DNA of 63,626 nucleotides, filler included, from Globobulimina sp. (taxonomy: Eukaryota): NCBI GenBank assembly GCA_003354225.1. It is 51 parts of 51 records of this genome, joined end to end, with 100 filler letters (N's around TTAATTAATTAA, not from the genome) between each part and the next. Parts side by side here need not be neighbours in the genome. Positions count along the whole stretch, not along the records: positions 11,251 to 12,400 come from PIVH01022287.1; positions 12,501 to 13,650 come from PIVH01022288.1; positions 13,751 to 14,900 come from PIVH01022289.1; positions 15,001 to 16,150 come from PIVH01022290.1; positions 16,251 to 17,400 come from PIVH01022291.1; positions 17,501 to 18,650 come from PIVH01022292.1; positions 18,751 to 19,900 come from PIVH01022293.1; positions 20,001 to 21,150 come from PIVH01022294.1; 43 more parts are not named here. One strand, written 5' to 3'. The translations under genes and the position numbers were made by a program. Position 1 is the stretch's first letter, and each line of letters starts with the position of its first letter. Positions 11,560 to 23,811 of this stretch are shown piece after piece. Below the pieces are notes generated by a model that was given only the letters and a program-made list of their open reading frames with translations, had not been told where the DNA came from and ran no database searches.

Positions 11560-11628
11560 GTGCACATAGCTCAAATGTAGAGCACTGGCGATCGCCAGGG
11601 ATACAGGTTTAAATCCTGTTGTTGCACT
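11560..11628 (+). pseudogene. tRNA-like element with palindromic anticodon arm
   Basis: GTGCACA-TAGCTCAAATGTAGAGCA-CTGGCGATCGCCAG-GGAT-ACAGGTTTAAATCCTGT-TGTTGCAC; acceptor, D and T stems can pair. Confidence 0.7.
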
Positions 11629-12500
11629 GGCGATAGCCTCCAGGTTTGTGTTATATATATTATATTTGGTTGTGATGTGAAAAATATTCTCTTTCTCTGC
11701 AAGGATAATTTATTGTGTTTGTGCAAGTATATTCTCTTTGTGTGTTTGTGCAAGGATAATTTTTTTCCGTTTTGTCTCTTGTTTTATTTTTATTCCGTGT
11801 TTTACTTTGCTTGTTTGTTTTATTTTGTTAGTTTTGTCTATTTTGCTTTATTTATTACGTGTTTTATTTTGCTTTATTTATTACGTGTTTTATTTTGCTT
11901 TGTTTTAAATTTATTCTGTTATATTTGCAAGGCCTATTAAAATGAACTGTAACTAATTTTTCATAAACAAAAATGTATAATTGAAAAGTCAAAAATGTAC
12001 ATGCCGTTTTTTGAGATTCTCGTTTTTTCGTAATTTTTGATAGCTCATTTTTCTATCCTTATCTGGAGCAAATAGAATGATTGATTTCTTAAAGTTTTTA
12101 AGCATCAAAAATTGTGCATTTTCCATATTTTACATTCATTCTATCTCCTTTTCATGTTCAGTTATGTCTGTTATGATGAATAATAGCTGGTACTTGTAAT
12201 TTTAGCCAAAATAAAATATATTGTATCAGCTTTTTAGAAGAGCATCCGGTCTTCAGCGTCATATTTTTATTGGGGTAAGGTGTAAGCAAACCGTTTCTGG
12301 TGACTGATAAAGGTAAAAATAATATAGGTTTGCCTTCGTTTCTCAGAACCAATAAAAATCTGACGCTGAAAACTTGACGCTCGTAATCAGCTGTTTAAAT
12401 NNNNNNNNNNNNNNNNNNNNNNNNNNNNNNNNNNNNNNNNNNNNTTAATTAATTAANNNNNNNNNNNNNNNNNNNNNNNNNNNNNNNNNNNNNNNNNNNN

Positions 12501-13650
12501 GGTTTTAAAAAATACAAATTATAAAATATACAAAGATAACCCTCGAAAACAAAGAAGAAGAAAGTCAGAAAAATAAACCATTTGAGTTTGCTGAATATGA
12601 GCAGCCAAAGAAAAGATTTCGATATAATTTACGAAGTAGACAAAGAACAGAAAGCACCGAAGTTTTAGGCAAAGAAAACGAGGCAAAAAAAGTAATGCAG
12701 GTTGATTCTGATGGAGCCGATAGCGACGAAGATATTGATTTGGCTTTTAACAAAAAAAAAACCAAAGGCAAAAAAACCAGGGGCAAAGGCAAGAAAACCA
12801 GAGGCAAAAAAACCAGAATCAATGCAAAAAATAAAAAACAGTTTCAGCCGCGTCGCAGTTTACGATTAAAAAAGAAAAGATTGGCCAAATTAGCACTGGT
12901 TTTTGATGATTATATTGTGGATGAAAGTGAATTAGAATGTGATCGAGAGTTAGAATGCGAGGGTGGCGATGACGACTTATTTGTAATCGACTATGTGAGT
13001 GATATCATGAAATGGTACGTTGAATGCGAGAATTCGAAGCAGCAGAAAACATTAATTAAAAATGGATACATTTCATCCTCGTTCCAGGCCGATTTAAATG
13101 ACTCAATGCGCAGTATATTACTAAATTGGTTATTAAATGTTCATCGACGGTTTAAATTGTTGGATCGTTCCTTGTTTTTAGGTATTTATATATTCGACGC
13201 GTATCTATCATTAGTACCTATAACGAGGGAGGACTTACAATTAATTGGCTGTGCATCGTTGTGGATTGCAAGCAAATATCACGAGATCTATGCGCCAGAA
13301 GCAAATGATTTTGCCTATATTTCAGATTATTCGTTCAATATCAAAGCATTATTTGCCGCGGAATTAAAGATTTTATGTAAATTAGAATTCAAATTTGCGG
13401 GTATTATTACGCCGTTACATTTTGCCGAGAGATATTTACAAATTGCGACCTATCCAATACGTAAAAAATATAAGCAACGAGGGACTGCGAAAGCTATTCA
13501 AGACAGCAAAGTTTATACAAATTTATTAAAAGATTTAACTTATTATTTTATTGAATTGTCATTGTTTGATTGTAGATTGATATCCTCTCAAAAACCATCC
13601 ATTATCGCAGCAGCTGCTTTATGTTTTGCTATTTTATCGATTTCATTGTA
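12501..13650 (+). CDS. Mitotic (A/B-type) cyclin, partial
   Basis: Cyclin box MRSILLNWL..VH..FKL...LFLG..IFD.YL, LQLIGCASLWIASKYHEIYAP, KPSIIAAAAL. Confidence 0.95.
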
Positions 13651-13750
13651 NNNNNNNNNNNNNNNNNNNNNNNNNNNNNNNNNNNNNNNNNNNNTTAATT
13701 AATTAANNNNNNNNNNNNNNNNNNNNNNNNNNNNNNNNNNNNNNNNNNNN

Positions 13751-14900
13751 TCTCCCACATTGAATGCGGATATATTTGTTTAAATTCACTCAAATCTTTT
13801 TGTATCGCAATACCATAGGTTTTAGCAATAGTTCTCGCCGAAATAAAATCAGGTTTTAATCCCATTCGAGCTGCACCGTCCACTGCAGATATTTTATTGT
13901 CAATATTTGATTGTCAATTCACACATAAATCACATACCTACGGATAAAATTGGCCGTTTTGGAGTGAATATTAAAACATCATATTGCGATTTGGCACCAA
14001 AATTACAAAACATTTTACTTTGTAAATGTTTAGATTTACTAAAACCTCCCACTAAGCATAAATATTTACAGCCATCCATTTCTGGCAAATCTAATAATTT
14101 CTTACAATGATCGATTATGCAATCAACAACTTGATCAAATAAATAGTTCCAAATTTTATAACTTAATTCCAAATATTCGCCATTTAATCGAATCAATCCT
14201 GCAATAAATATTCAACAAACACAATAAATATATACTGTAACTGTACAATTTAGAATTTATATACCTTTTTTTCCGAATTTAGTACAATTTGTAACAATTT
14301 TCTCCAAATTATCATCTTCATCAGATTCAGATTCATCGATATCTTCGGCTTCTTCATTTTCAATGTTTTTTTGTTCATCATCCATTTCATCTGCTTTTTC
14401 CCCCATAAAGTCCAAGAATGTAAATGGTACTTTGATATTATGAAAGGTCGTATCATATTCTTTTTTTTTCACCTTCTTTTTTTCATTCATTTTATATGTT
14501 TTCTTTGCATTTCGAAAATTCTGTAAAAATGCAATGTATTGTGATGGTTCTTCTTTTTTAAATTCATTCATCCACTGTTTACTAAATATATCATCTAATA
14601 AATTTAAAAAATGTTGATCCACATAAGTTGAGCCCCACGCACCACCGCCAGGCGCCACAATTTGCCGAATTCTCTCATTTTCATCAATCTCATGACAAGC
14701 TATGTCTGCTGTACCTAAGAAAAAATGATATGAATATAATTATGATATTTTTACATATAAATACCTCCACCCAAATCACATAACAATATTTTATCTCCAC
14801 GTTCAAAAAAACTCTTATAATCGTCATCATCATGCTCACTCACAATGGCTTCGTTTTCCTTTGCTTCCACATTTTGTGCTACTGCCAATTTCTCCCTCTT
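13751..14900 (-). CDS. HSPA12-like atypical Hsp70, partial; introns at 14715-14764, 14199-14264 and 13883-13937
   Basis: Spliced translation gives CDLGGGTADI, GGAWGSTYVD..F, LVGGFSKS..LQ and PILSVVDGAA.MG...I.AR...KTYGI. All three introns are GT-AG and preserve the frame. Confidence 0.9.
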
Positions 14901-15086
14901 NNNNNNNNNNNNNNNNNNNNNNNNNNNNNNNNNNNNNNNNNNNNTTAATTAATTAANNNNNNNNNNNNNNNNNNNNNNNNNNNNNNNNNNNNNNNNNNNN
15001 CACCAAATGCAACTGCAACACAACGAAGGCGATCCAATGGCAGCCACATAAAAGGCGGCCACATAAAACCGGATGAATTTGAAATA

Positions 15087-16073
15087 ATGGACAATTCTCC
15101 GCCATTGCTACAAGCGGATGAGTCAACAAATAAAAATCAACAACGAGCACCGCATAAACGACCAAGAGAACAGGACACAAATAATCAAAATACCAACAAC
15201 GCAAAGACAAACACCGACAATCCACCACCGAAAAAAAAAAGAAAAACAGATGATACCGCAACGAAAAAAGTCATCAAAATGACATTGGCCGTAGCGCATC
15301 AAAATGGCATAAATAAACAATCAGAAAATAGGCATAAATATATTTCTGAGAGGTTCGCTGTGATGGAATCAGTCTTTATGAAGAATGTGGAACAAGATTT
15401 TAACGACAAACAAATATTTGTTAAGAAAAAAGCAAAATATGAACACAAAATTGAAGAATATGAAAAAGAAAACAGACGATTAAACGAAACAAAACAACAA
15501 AATAAAAGTATGATTGTTGAGTTGGAACAGAAATTAAAAGGTGGTAATAATCAAATATTATCATTGCGAAATGAATTAAGTGAGAATAAAAAAACAAATA
15601 TTGAACAAAATGCAAAATTAAAACAAGAAAATACAAAATTAAAACAAGATGCATTATCATTACGAAAGGCATTAAATAAAACAAATGAAAACTCGCAAAC
15701 AAATATTTCAAAAATTAAAGAGTTACTGAATGAAAAAAAGAAATTATCAGAAGCCTGTAATTCATATCAAAGCAAAATAGCTGAGTTGGATAAGAATATT
15801 AACAAACAAAACAAAGATATTTCTGTATTGGAAGGCAGTTTAAATACATTAAAAGAAAAAGATAATTCATATAAGCAAAAATTAAGCAAATTAGAAGCGG
15901 AGACCGTGGAATTAAAACATAATTTATCCAAACAATCTGTCTCTGGAAATAAATGGAAAGAGAAATTCGAACAACAAGAAAGAAAATGTAATGAAATTTA
16001 TGCATGTTTGGAAGGGATAGAGGCGGATGTTTTGCCGATGGATAATGAGCATGAGATTGCCATTGGTATTTGA
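15087..16073 (+). CDS. Coiled-coil protein with NLS (PKKKRK)
   Basis: 328-aa ORF with heptad-rich K/E/Q/N content and an SV40-like NLS. Confidence 0.7.
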   Translation: MDNSPPLLQADESTNKNQQRAPHKRPREQDTNNQNTNNAKTNTDNPPPKKKRKTDDTATKKVIKMTLAVAHQNGINKQSENRHKYISERFAVMESVFMKNVEQDFNDKQIFVKKKAKYEHKIEEYEKENRRLNETKQQNKSMIVELEQKLKGGNNQILSLRNELSENKKTNIEQNAKLKQENTKLKQDALSLRKALNKTNENSQTNISKIKELLNEKKKLSEACNSYQSKIAELDKNINKQNKDISVLEGSLNTLKEKDNSYKQKLSKLEAETVELKHNLSKQSVSGNKWKEKFEQQERKCNEIYACLEGIEADVLPMDNEHEIAIGI

Positions 16074-16250
16074 TAATGAACAAAACTTAACTATAACTTA
16101 TTGTGTTCGTAATTTGCGTCTGATCACTCGCATCCGCACCATATTAACCANNNNNNNNNNNNNNNNNNNNNNNNNNNNNNNNNNNNNNNNNNNNTTAATT
16201 AATTAANNNNNNNNNNNNNNNNNNNNNNNNNNNNNNNNNNNNNNNNNNNN

Positions 16251-17020
16251 TGTGAGAAGCCACCCGGCTGTAATGTGTCTGATGTTGAACGAGTCATTCG
16301 AGTGGAAACTGAACATCCGAAATTATTATTAAAATACGGATTTAACCACCGATATCACGATTCAGTACGTCATGCATTGGCGATTATTAACTCCGGAGAA
16401 ATGGGTGAGATTGTCAACCTTAGGGGTGTTTACGGGAAAAGTAAAATTATATCGTTTTCGGGGGTTGGTGAGCAGAGAGAAAATACTCCGGTGGAGGAAT
16501 TCTATTGGACCAGGGTATTCATATGGTTGACCTCATGCGGCTTTTCTGCGGTGAATTTGTTGAAGTGAAGAGTTTTGTGTCCAATGATTACTGGAAGCAT
16601 GATGTTGAAGACAATGCTTATGCGATGATGAGAAACCGCGAGGGAAAAGTAGCAACGCTTCATTTCTCGGCAACGCAGTGGCAGCACCGTTTCACTCTGG
16701 ATATTGCTCTCACCGAAGGGTATCTGGTACTACGGGGTATCCTGACTGGTTCAAAGAGCTATGGTCAGGAAATACTTGTAATCGGCGGAAAGGATGAATT
16801 TGATGCCGGTAATCAAAAAGAAGAAACTGTTAACTACTTAGAAGATAACTCCTGGCGAGATGAAATTAACGAATTTGCTGAGGCCATCGTTAATGGCGAC
16901 AAAATTTGTTCCGACAACAGTAGCGATGCACTGAATACCATGAAACTGGTATATCGCATATATTATTCAGATAAAGAATGGAGAGAGACATTTAATATTA
17001 AGGAAATAAATAGTATATGA
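16251..17020 (+). pseudogene. Bacterial Gfo/Idh/MocA oxidoreductase, disrupted by a frameshift near 16460 and TGA at 16469-16471
   Basis: CEKPPG and GFNHRY lie in one frame; GW*AERKYSGGGILLDQGIHMVDL lies in the -1 frame. No introns, higher GC. Confidence 0.85.
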
Positions 17021-17930
17021 AATGTATTCAGCGGATAAAGGATAAAAAAATATTGGCAAGAATCTTGGATGTATACTTACTTCCGGTTCGGGAGCAATGC
17101 AAAAAGTAATACTGCCTTTTGATGATCGCCTCAAAGAGATTGTAGTTTCCTATTTTAAGGAAAATTCTGAATCCAAACCAACGCATTAATTTCCTTTGCT
17201 ATCATAACACCTTTGATCCCAAGCATCACAGGCATAGTTTTAGTTCGTACCAAATACTTATGTTTTGACTCAGTTATGGCGACGGAGCTCTTTGCACTAT
17301 TATCGGCCTTTAAAGAAGAGAGCTTTTAGGAGTAATAAATATGTCATTAAAACGTTTGTTCTTCAATTTGATAATTAAATCAACTATTAACGCAATTCAA
17401 NNNNNNNNNNNNNNNNNNNNNNNNNNNNNNNNNNNNNNNNNNNNTTAATTAATTAANNNNNNNNNNNNNNNNNNNNNNNNNNNNNNNNNNNNNNNNNNNN
17501 CAAAGTTCTAAAAGTCCTGGAATTCCTAAAAACGACAATGATCATGATTATGAAAAGAAACTGAGCGACGTACAATGATTTTTAAAATTAGTTTAATCAT
17601 TACGGATTTGTATGTTTATAGTTTATTTCCAAAAGGCGATGTTCTAAACACGTCGTATTCTAAAGTATTGTCATTTTTAAAAAACCGTATATTTACTGTG
17701 ACATACATTTTGACTGTAAGCATCCGAGAAAAAAACATCCTAAAAAAAAACTTTTGTTTGCCTTTTTTTTATCAATAATCCTCCTCCATATCCAAAAGCC
17801 TTAATTTTGGATATTTCCATCGATTTGACGTTATCCTAAAATTATCTTAAAAAATTAAAACATCATTAAGATCACATAAAACAAAGTTAACAAACCATCA
17901 GACGAATTTTATACAATCAATCAACTCACA

Positions 17931-18450
17931 ATGCATAGTGTCTCACCAAAACACAAAAAAGATCTCGATCAATGGTACAAAGACATAAAAAAACAACTCA
18001 CCGTATGTTGTTTATCTCTATCATCCGAATACTCTGTCCGTTGTTTCTTCATTTTGAAAACAACCAAAACATGTTCATTCCTTCATATCCAGATCCAAAT
18101 CAACCACTTTTTGATACAATACACATATACACATATACCGCTATACGCAGTCAAAAGCGCATGAAAATTTCTTCAAACGCTTGCAGGAAATCATCAACCT
18201 CACAAATCACAAATTATCTCCTTATGACCGCAAATTAACCGTCGACAAGAACCAACGGCAAGCGATGTGGAACGGCATTGCCAAAGATATAAATTCCTGG
18301 AAAGGCGTGGAAATCACCGCTTGTACCAAACGAAAAACCAATTACAAATCCTATGCCATCACCTCACGAAATTGGTGGAATCGCAACAAAGCCAAAGTTT
18401 ACGGCAACCACTTTTTTTATCCCATCATATTTGTTCACATCAAACAGGTA
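17931..18450 (+). pseudogene. Fragmented ORFs, possibly a transposon-associated Myb/SANT-like protein
   Basis: RQAMWNGIAKDINS...NWWNRNK resembles a Myb/SANT-like helix pattern. Frames are broken and the contig starts with an interspersed repeat. Confidence 0.3.
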
Positions 18451-18750
18451 ATTTATACTCAAATATTTCCACATTTTTTTGTGGACAAAATGCATTGTTT
18501 ACAGTTTGAAAGTGAAACTTGTTTTTTTTGTTTTCCAACACGAATATTAATAAAAAAAGGCAGTGCAAAATTTAACCCTCACCGTCGCAGAGAGAAACTT
18601 CGTATTCGTGGACATTTTTGACGAGATCTTGCATGCTAAGATTTAATTTCNNNNNNNNNNNNNNNNNNNNNNNNNNNNNNNNNNNNNNNNNNNNTTAATT
18701 AATTAANNNNNNNNNNNNNNNNNNNNNNNNNNNNNNNNNNNNNNNNNNNN

Positions 18751-19508
18751 TCCACAGTGCCTGACTCCGATCCAACCCATCTAATCATATGCGGAGACAC
18801 GTGTTGTCCATTCATGACAGCTGCATTTGGTTGATACTGTGCCATTAATTGTTTCATTGTGTTTGCTAATATGGTTGTTCCGCCATCAAACCATATTTCT
18901 GAGAGCTCGCCATACATTGTCCACAATTCAGTAACTTGTTCAACACAGATTTGATTTATTTGCTCTTGTGTTACGTTTACCATTCCTGGCAATAATGTAG
19001 TACCAATTTTATAATCTCGATAATTTAAATAAACATTATTTGGTAAACTGTAATAAAATCCATAGCCCATACCGTATTTTGTTAATGTTTCCGCAAACTG
19101 TTTCAATATATCCTGTGTATAGGATGCATATTTGACTGAGTATGCATATGCTTGCGTTGTATTTGGTATCATTATTGATGTTGGCCATAGACAGAAGCCA
19201 CAAGTATGTTTTGCTGTCAATACAGCTGCTTTCGCGCCTAATGCTCCGTATGATTCTGCCCAATTTGTAACATTTAGCGCATACGGATTGAATACTTTAG
19301 GATTTGATGCATTCACACCGTTATTCCATGTGTTTGAATCACATGTAGCCGGTGCTGTGTATGTACCCATATTGAAATGGGTAAGTGCAACGATTTCATA
19401 TTGTTGATATCGTAATTGTGGTTCTGTTGGAACAGGTATTGTATTTTGCAATTGACTTTTACAACACATGGCAGTGGCAAACATAAATAATAAAAAAACT
19501 GACGCCAT
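18751..19508 (-). CDS. GH29 alpha-L-fucosidase with signal peptide; 3' partial
   Basis: P.P..QL.YQ, HF.M.T, FNP..L...W, VLTAKHxxGFCLWP, YYS, EIWFDG (nucleophile Asp), RWVG.E.G. Confidence 0.93.
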
Positions 19509-20387
19509 GATTTAATTGCTAAAAAACAGTGCAGGTGAAATTGCTATAATGAGACGGCTAAAACACAAATACATATATTGCACAAGTTATTACTTGTAAT
19601 GCAGAAAAGGAGATATACAGAAAGCGATGCTATGCCTGTAATAAAACGGATTAGAAGCCTTGTTTTATGCATCAAAACTAAAAGTAATGATAATTATTAA
19701 TATTTCGGTGGTATTTAAGGATATTGATCCGCCAAAAATTTCGTTTTTTTCCATTATTGTGTCCATAATACTTAATGTTTCTGATGCGAAATCTTGTCCT
19801 AATTTATTTCTAATGCTTGAAATATTGAACATTAGCACCATAACTGCATCCCATACATTCCATATCCCATCCTTCTGCAAATCCAGACTCCATTGCTTTT
19901 NNNNNNNNNNNNNNNNNNNNNNNNNNNNNNNNNNNNNNNNNNNNTTAATTAATTAANNNNNNNNNNNNNNNNNNNNNNNNNNNNNNNNNNNNNNNNNNNN
20001 ACCACTGTTTTACACTTTATGTCTGTATTGTTGTGATACTTTCTTTCATTTGCTTTGAAATTAAATAATTTACTGTACAATTTTAATATTTTTTTCTTTT
20101 TTGTTTTGTTCTATTATATTAATTTCATTCTTGTTTCTGAAACCTTTTTTTTATTGCTCTCTTTTTTTAATTCTGCTTTTTTAGCTTTTCATTTTTTTTT
20201 TGCAAATTAAAATATTTCTGTTTTGGTTGACATTTTCGATTTATAATCGCCAGTGAATTGACAAAGCTAACATTCCAAATGTTTATTGATTGTCATCTGT
20301 CAGAGATGACTTTTGATAGAACATAGGATCTTTTGATGTGCATTCATCGTTTTTGCCTTGTTACTAATAAATATATATAGCAGAATC

Positions 20388-21150
20388 ATGCTGTCTTTAA
20401 AGATAATGAGACGATTTAACCACCAATCTATTGGAGTTTTGAGTTGTTTTGCATTATGTTCATTAACTGCGTATACTTACAATGTCAGTGCAGAGTCATC
20501 AGTGTCAAAGGATAAACCATTTGTTTTGGATATATTCAAAGAAAATAAACTATTGAAAGAATGTATAAATATTGCAATGGAAAAGCAAGATGAAAGTAAT
20601 TGGATTAACTATGATTCAGGCAATAAAGCCATTGCTGTGCAATACAAATATTTACCAAATGACAGCATCACAACAATTCGGGGGCATCAATCAATGGATG
20701 ACGTATTATGTGAAACAGATGATATAATAAATGATTATTATACAATTTGCGATGCTAATTACAATGATATATTTGAATGGGAACAAATCTGTGATCCGTT
20801 GTGTATTGAAAAATATTCAATAAAGCAAATTGACGATGATCATAATATTGTATATTCATCACATAATTCAGGAGTATTTGGTGTGTCGTCGCGAGATTTT
20901 TGTTACATGAAAAGTAGACATTTCATTGATGATTTTGTGGATGATGATGGAAATAAATATGATATGGTTTGTTCATTATGTTACAGTTTGGATGATTATG
21001 TGGCTGAGAATGGAAATCATGTTCGAGGGAAATTGAAAAATTGTGGCTATATATTTATGCGGAATAAAGAAACGGGAGTCATTGGGGGTTGTTATGTTTT
21101 ACATTTAGTCCCCGGAGGATGGCTTCCAATCTGGGTTATAAATATTGTGG
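20388..21150 (+). CDS. START lipid-transfer domain protein; 3' partial
   Basis: VSSRDFCY, HVRG....GY, PGGWLP.WVIN. Confidence 0.85.
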
Positions 21151-21250
21151 NNNNNNNNNNNNNNNNNNNNNNNNNNNNNNNNNNNNNNNNNNNNTTAATT
21201 AATTAANNNNNNNNNNNNNNNNNNNNNNNNNNNNNNNNNNNNNNNNNNNN

Positions 21251-22276
21251 GATGTATACGATGATGCTAAGAATTTTGGATTGGAATATAAGACACAGTT
21301 TTTTGAGAGATCTATTATGAAAGCAATACAAATGATTAATATCAATTCGTGCATCATATCATTTAATGCAACCACAGCGATTCAAGACGACATTGACGAA
21401 AATATATTTGATGCATACGATGCTCGCTTCAATAAACTGCGCTGTGATGAGCAGATTGCAGTGCTATATCTGTTATATTTGCAGTATAAAAAGAATAAAT
21501 GGAATGATTTCTTGCAATATACTCCGGACCACGCAAATATGGCCATTGGTAGATACAGGGATCAATTTATAACATTGGCGAACAATGTAAAAGCGGTGAA
21601 AATGGAACGGGCATCGTTGCTGATTCAGGAATTCTTTGCCAAGGTTCATTTGTCGAGCTATAAAGTGCCAGAAGCAAAGCAGCAGGAAAAAGTTGTCACG
21701 AATTCAAAAAGAAATATATTTAAAATGTTAATCAATGATAAGGAGAAGAATGAAAAATATATTTTGAATTTGTCGACATTTTGCAAGTTATTTCCAAATT
21801 GCACGCAAGTTATGTTGAATGGGAACAATTTCGATTGGTCGCTATCTGAAATGATTGATTTTCTGTCAAAATATAATTTGAATTACTCCAAAATCGCATT
21901 GCAAGACATTTATATACGTTTTGGGAGCAATGATGATGATTATATGGATGCGGATTATTCGGAAAGAATGGCGATGAAAAAGATAAAAGAATGCAAGTTA
22001 TCAGATAGTAAATTAAATAAGTTGTTGTCGTTGGGATGGCGGTTTGTGAAAGGAACGCGATGTCATTTGCATCGTTATGGCTTCAAACCGCATCCAGAAC
22101 TGCCATTTTTGCAAATGTTTGTTGCGAATGAGAGTATTTTTATAAATAAATATGAGGATGGCATCAAAAATAAAAATAAAAATCTCAACAAATGGGCAAT
22201 GAAGGATATATTTAATATGTCATATTCTTCCTCTTTAAAATCAAATAATAAGCCAAGGTATGACGGAATTGAATAA
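21251..22276 (+). CDS. Hypothetical protein, 5' partial
   Basis: Open frame of more than 330 aa; KLFPNC..VML motif; no family assigned. Confidence 0.55.
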   Translation, partial: DVYDDAKNFGLEYKTQFFERSIMKAIQMININSCIISFNATTAIQDDIDENIFDAYDARFNKLRCDEQIAVLYLLYLQYKKNKWNDFLQYTPDHANMAIGRYRDQFITLANNVKAVKMERASLLIQEFFAKVHLSSYKVPEAKQQEKVVTNSKRNIFKMLINDKEKNEKYILNLSTFCKLFPNCTQVMLNGNNFDWSLSEMIDFLSKYNLNYSKIALQDIYIRFGSNDDDYMDADYSERMAMKKIKECKLSDSKLNKLLSLGWRFVKGTRCHLHRYGFKPHPELPFLQMFVANESIFINKYEDGIKNKNKNLNKWAMKDIFNMSYSSSLKSNNKPRYDGIE

Positions 22277-22500
22277 TTTATGTGTTTCTGAAACAAAATA
22301 TGCATAAGTTTTTTGTTTCTGATTGACATAAATATTGTAAATACATAAATTATTTATTTCTCGTACTACATTAAAAAGAAAATCAAGTACGAAATCAAAT
22401 NNNNNNNNNNNNNNNNNNNNNNNNNNNNNNNNNNNNNNNNNNNNTTAATTAATTAANNNNNNNNNNNNNNNNNNNNNNNNNNNNNNNNNNNNNNNNNNNN

Positions 22501-23650
22501 GTCAATGTGATCAACAAAGAGAAAAATAACATGAAGTTGACCACAGTGATCAACAATTACAACGTCAACGACTGGAAGATCCAACGGCAGCGAGGCCATG
22601 GTTTCCTGGAATCTGTGTTCCATTATGCGCACAAATTGCTATTTTTAGGCTTTATAATGATCATTGAAAATACGTCCGATACGAGATATTGCGGCTATTT
22701 GTTGCTGCGCTCCATGGCGGACATCTTAGTGGGCGATAAGTTAGTGTCCAAGATCGATAAATTGAAGTTTGCGTTCGAGTCTGCGATGTCGCTCTGGGTG
22801 CGCAAGAATGGCGTTTTGATCTCTTCCTATTTCGCCAATGCGTATCCTGGCTTAGGCTCGTTATTATTTCGTGTGTGTATCCAGTACGCGGAGGACAAGG
22901 ACCGCGCGGAATGGATCTCTGCGTTCTTGAAACCATGGGCCACGGTCATACATTTGATGCCCGACACACAAATGACGCCCAATACCATCCCGGTCTATGT
23001 GCAGGAATACAACAAATCGCTCGGAGCTATGCACAAAAACACGTCGGATTCTGCCAGCAGAGAAGAAGAATATAAGTACGATATCCCGCCTTCGAAAGCA
23101 GCACAAGCCAAGCACCAATATAGCAGCGATACGAGCAATATAAAATATAATAACCAGCAGCAACAGCCATATATACATAAGGCAGCCTCTGTGGATGTGT
23201 CCAAAGTGGATCGCAAAACGCACCGCCACACCAAACACCAGACCCTGACCCTATTGACCGGCTTATACGACAGCACCGTGGACGCCAGAGACGATTTACA
23301 GACGTCGTTTCTGAAAGTTTGGACCGATTTGTCGCGGGCCTTTCCGTACGAGAATTTATTTGCCATTTTGGACTTTGTGCTCAAGAAAGTAGGCGAGGCC
23401 AAATTGTTACCGGTGCAGACCTTTAAAAATGTCATCATCCCCACGGTGAAGAATATATTTTTCGCCATTTACGAGCCCCGCATCAATCGAGCCATTATGA
23501 CGGTGTATATCGTGCGGATAATATTGCATGTTTTGACCATCGGCGCCGACGATTATCGCCAGAAAGGGTTGATTGTGAAACAACGCGCTGCGGAAATACT
23601 GACCACTTTAGAAGAGAGGCTGGCGCGCGAATCTTCTGACAATAATACGG
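22501..23650 (+). CDS. Large helical-repeat (HEAT/ARM-like) protein, internal fragment
   Basis: Frame open across the whole contig; amphipathic helices; GC clearly higher than neighbouring contigs. Confidence 0.55.
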
Positions 23651-23811
23651 NNNNNNNNNNNNNNNNNNNNNNNNNNNNNNNNNNNNNNNNNNNNTTAATT
23701 AATTAANNNNNNNNNNNNNNNNNNNNNNNNNNNNNNNNNNNNNNNNNNNNTAATCTGCAAAAATCCGAAGTTAATTGTTAGATCCATACAATTTTAACTT
23801 CACTCTCGACA

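Noticed and set aside
9466-11628. Functional tRNA genes
   Set aside because: No canonical 7-nt anticodon loop, and acceptor or T-loop defects; recorded as tRNA-like elements instead.
11677-11940. Hydrophobic F/Y/C/L-rich ORFs (also 251-634, 15421-15711, 57989-58498 and similar)
   Set aside because: They arise from T-rich low-complexity DNA or are antisense shadows of real genes.
16469-16471. Selenocysteine or code-4/25 TGA
   Set aside because: The position corresponds to a conserved Arg (CGA to TGA), lies beside a frameshift, and the same gene ends in TGA.
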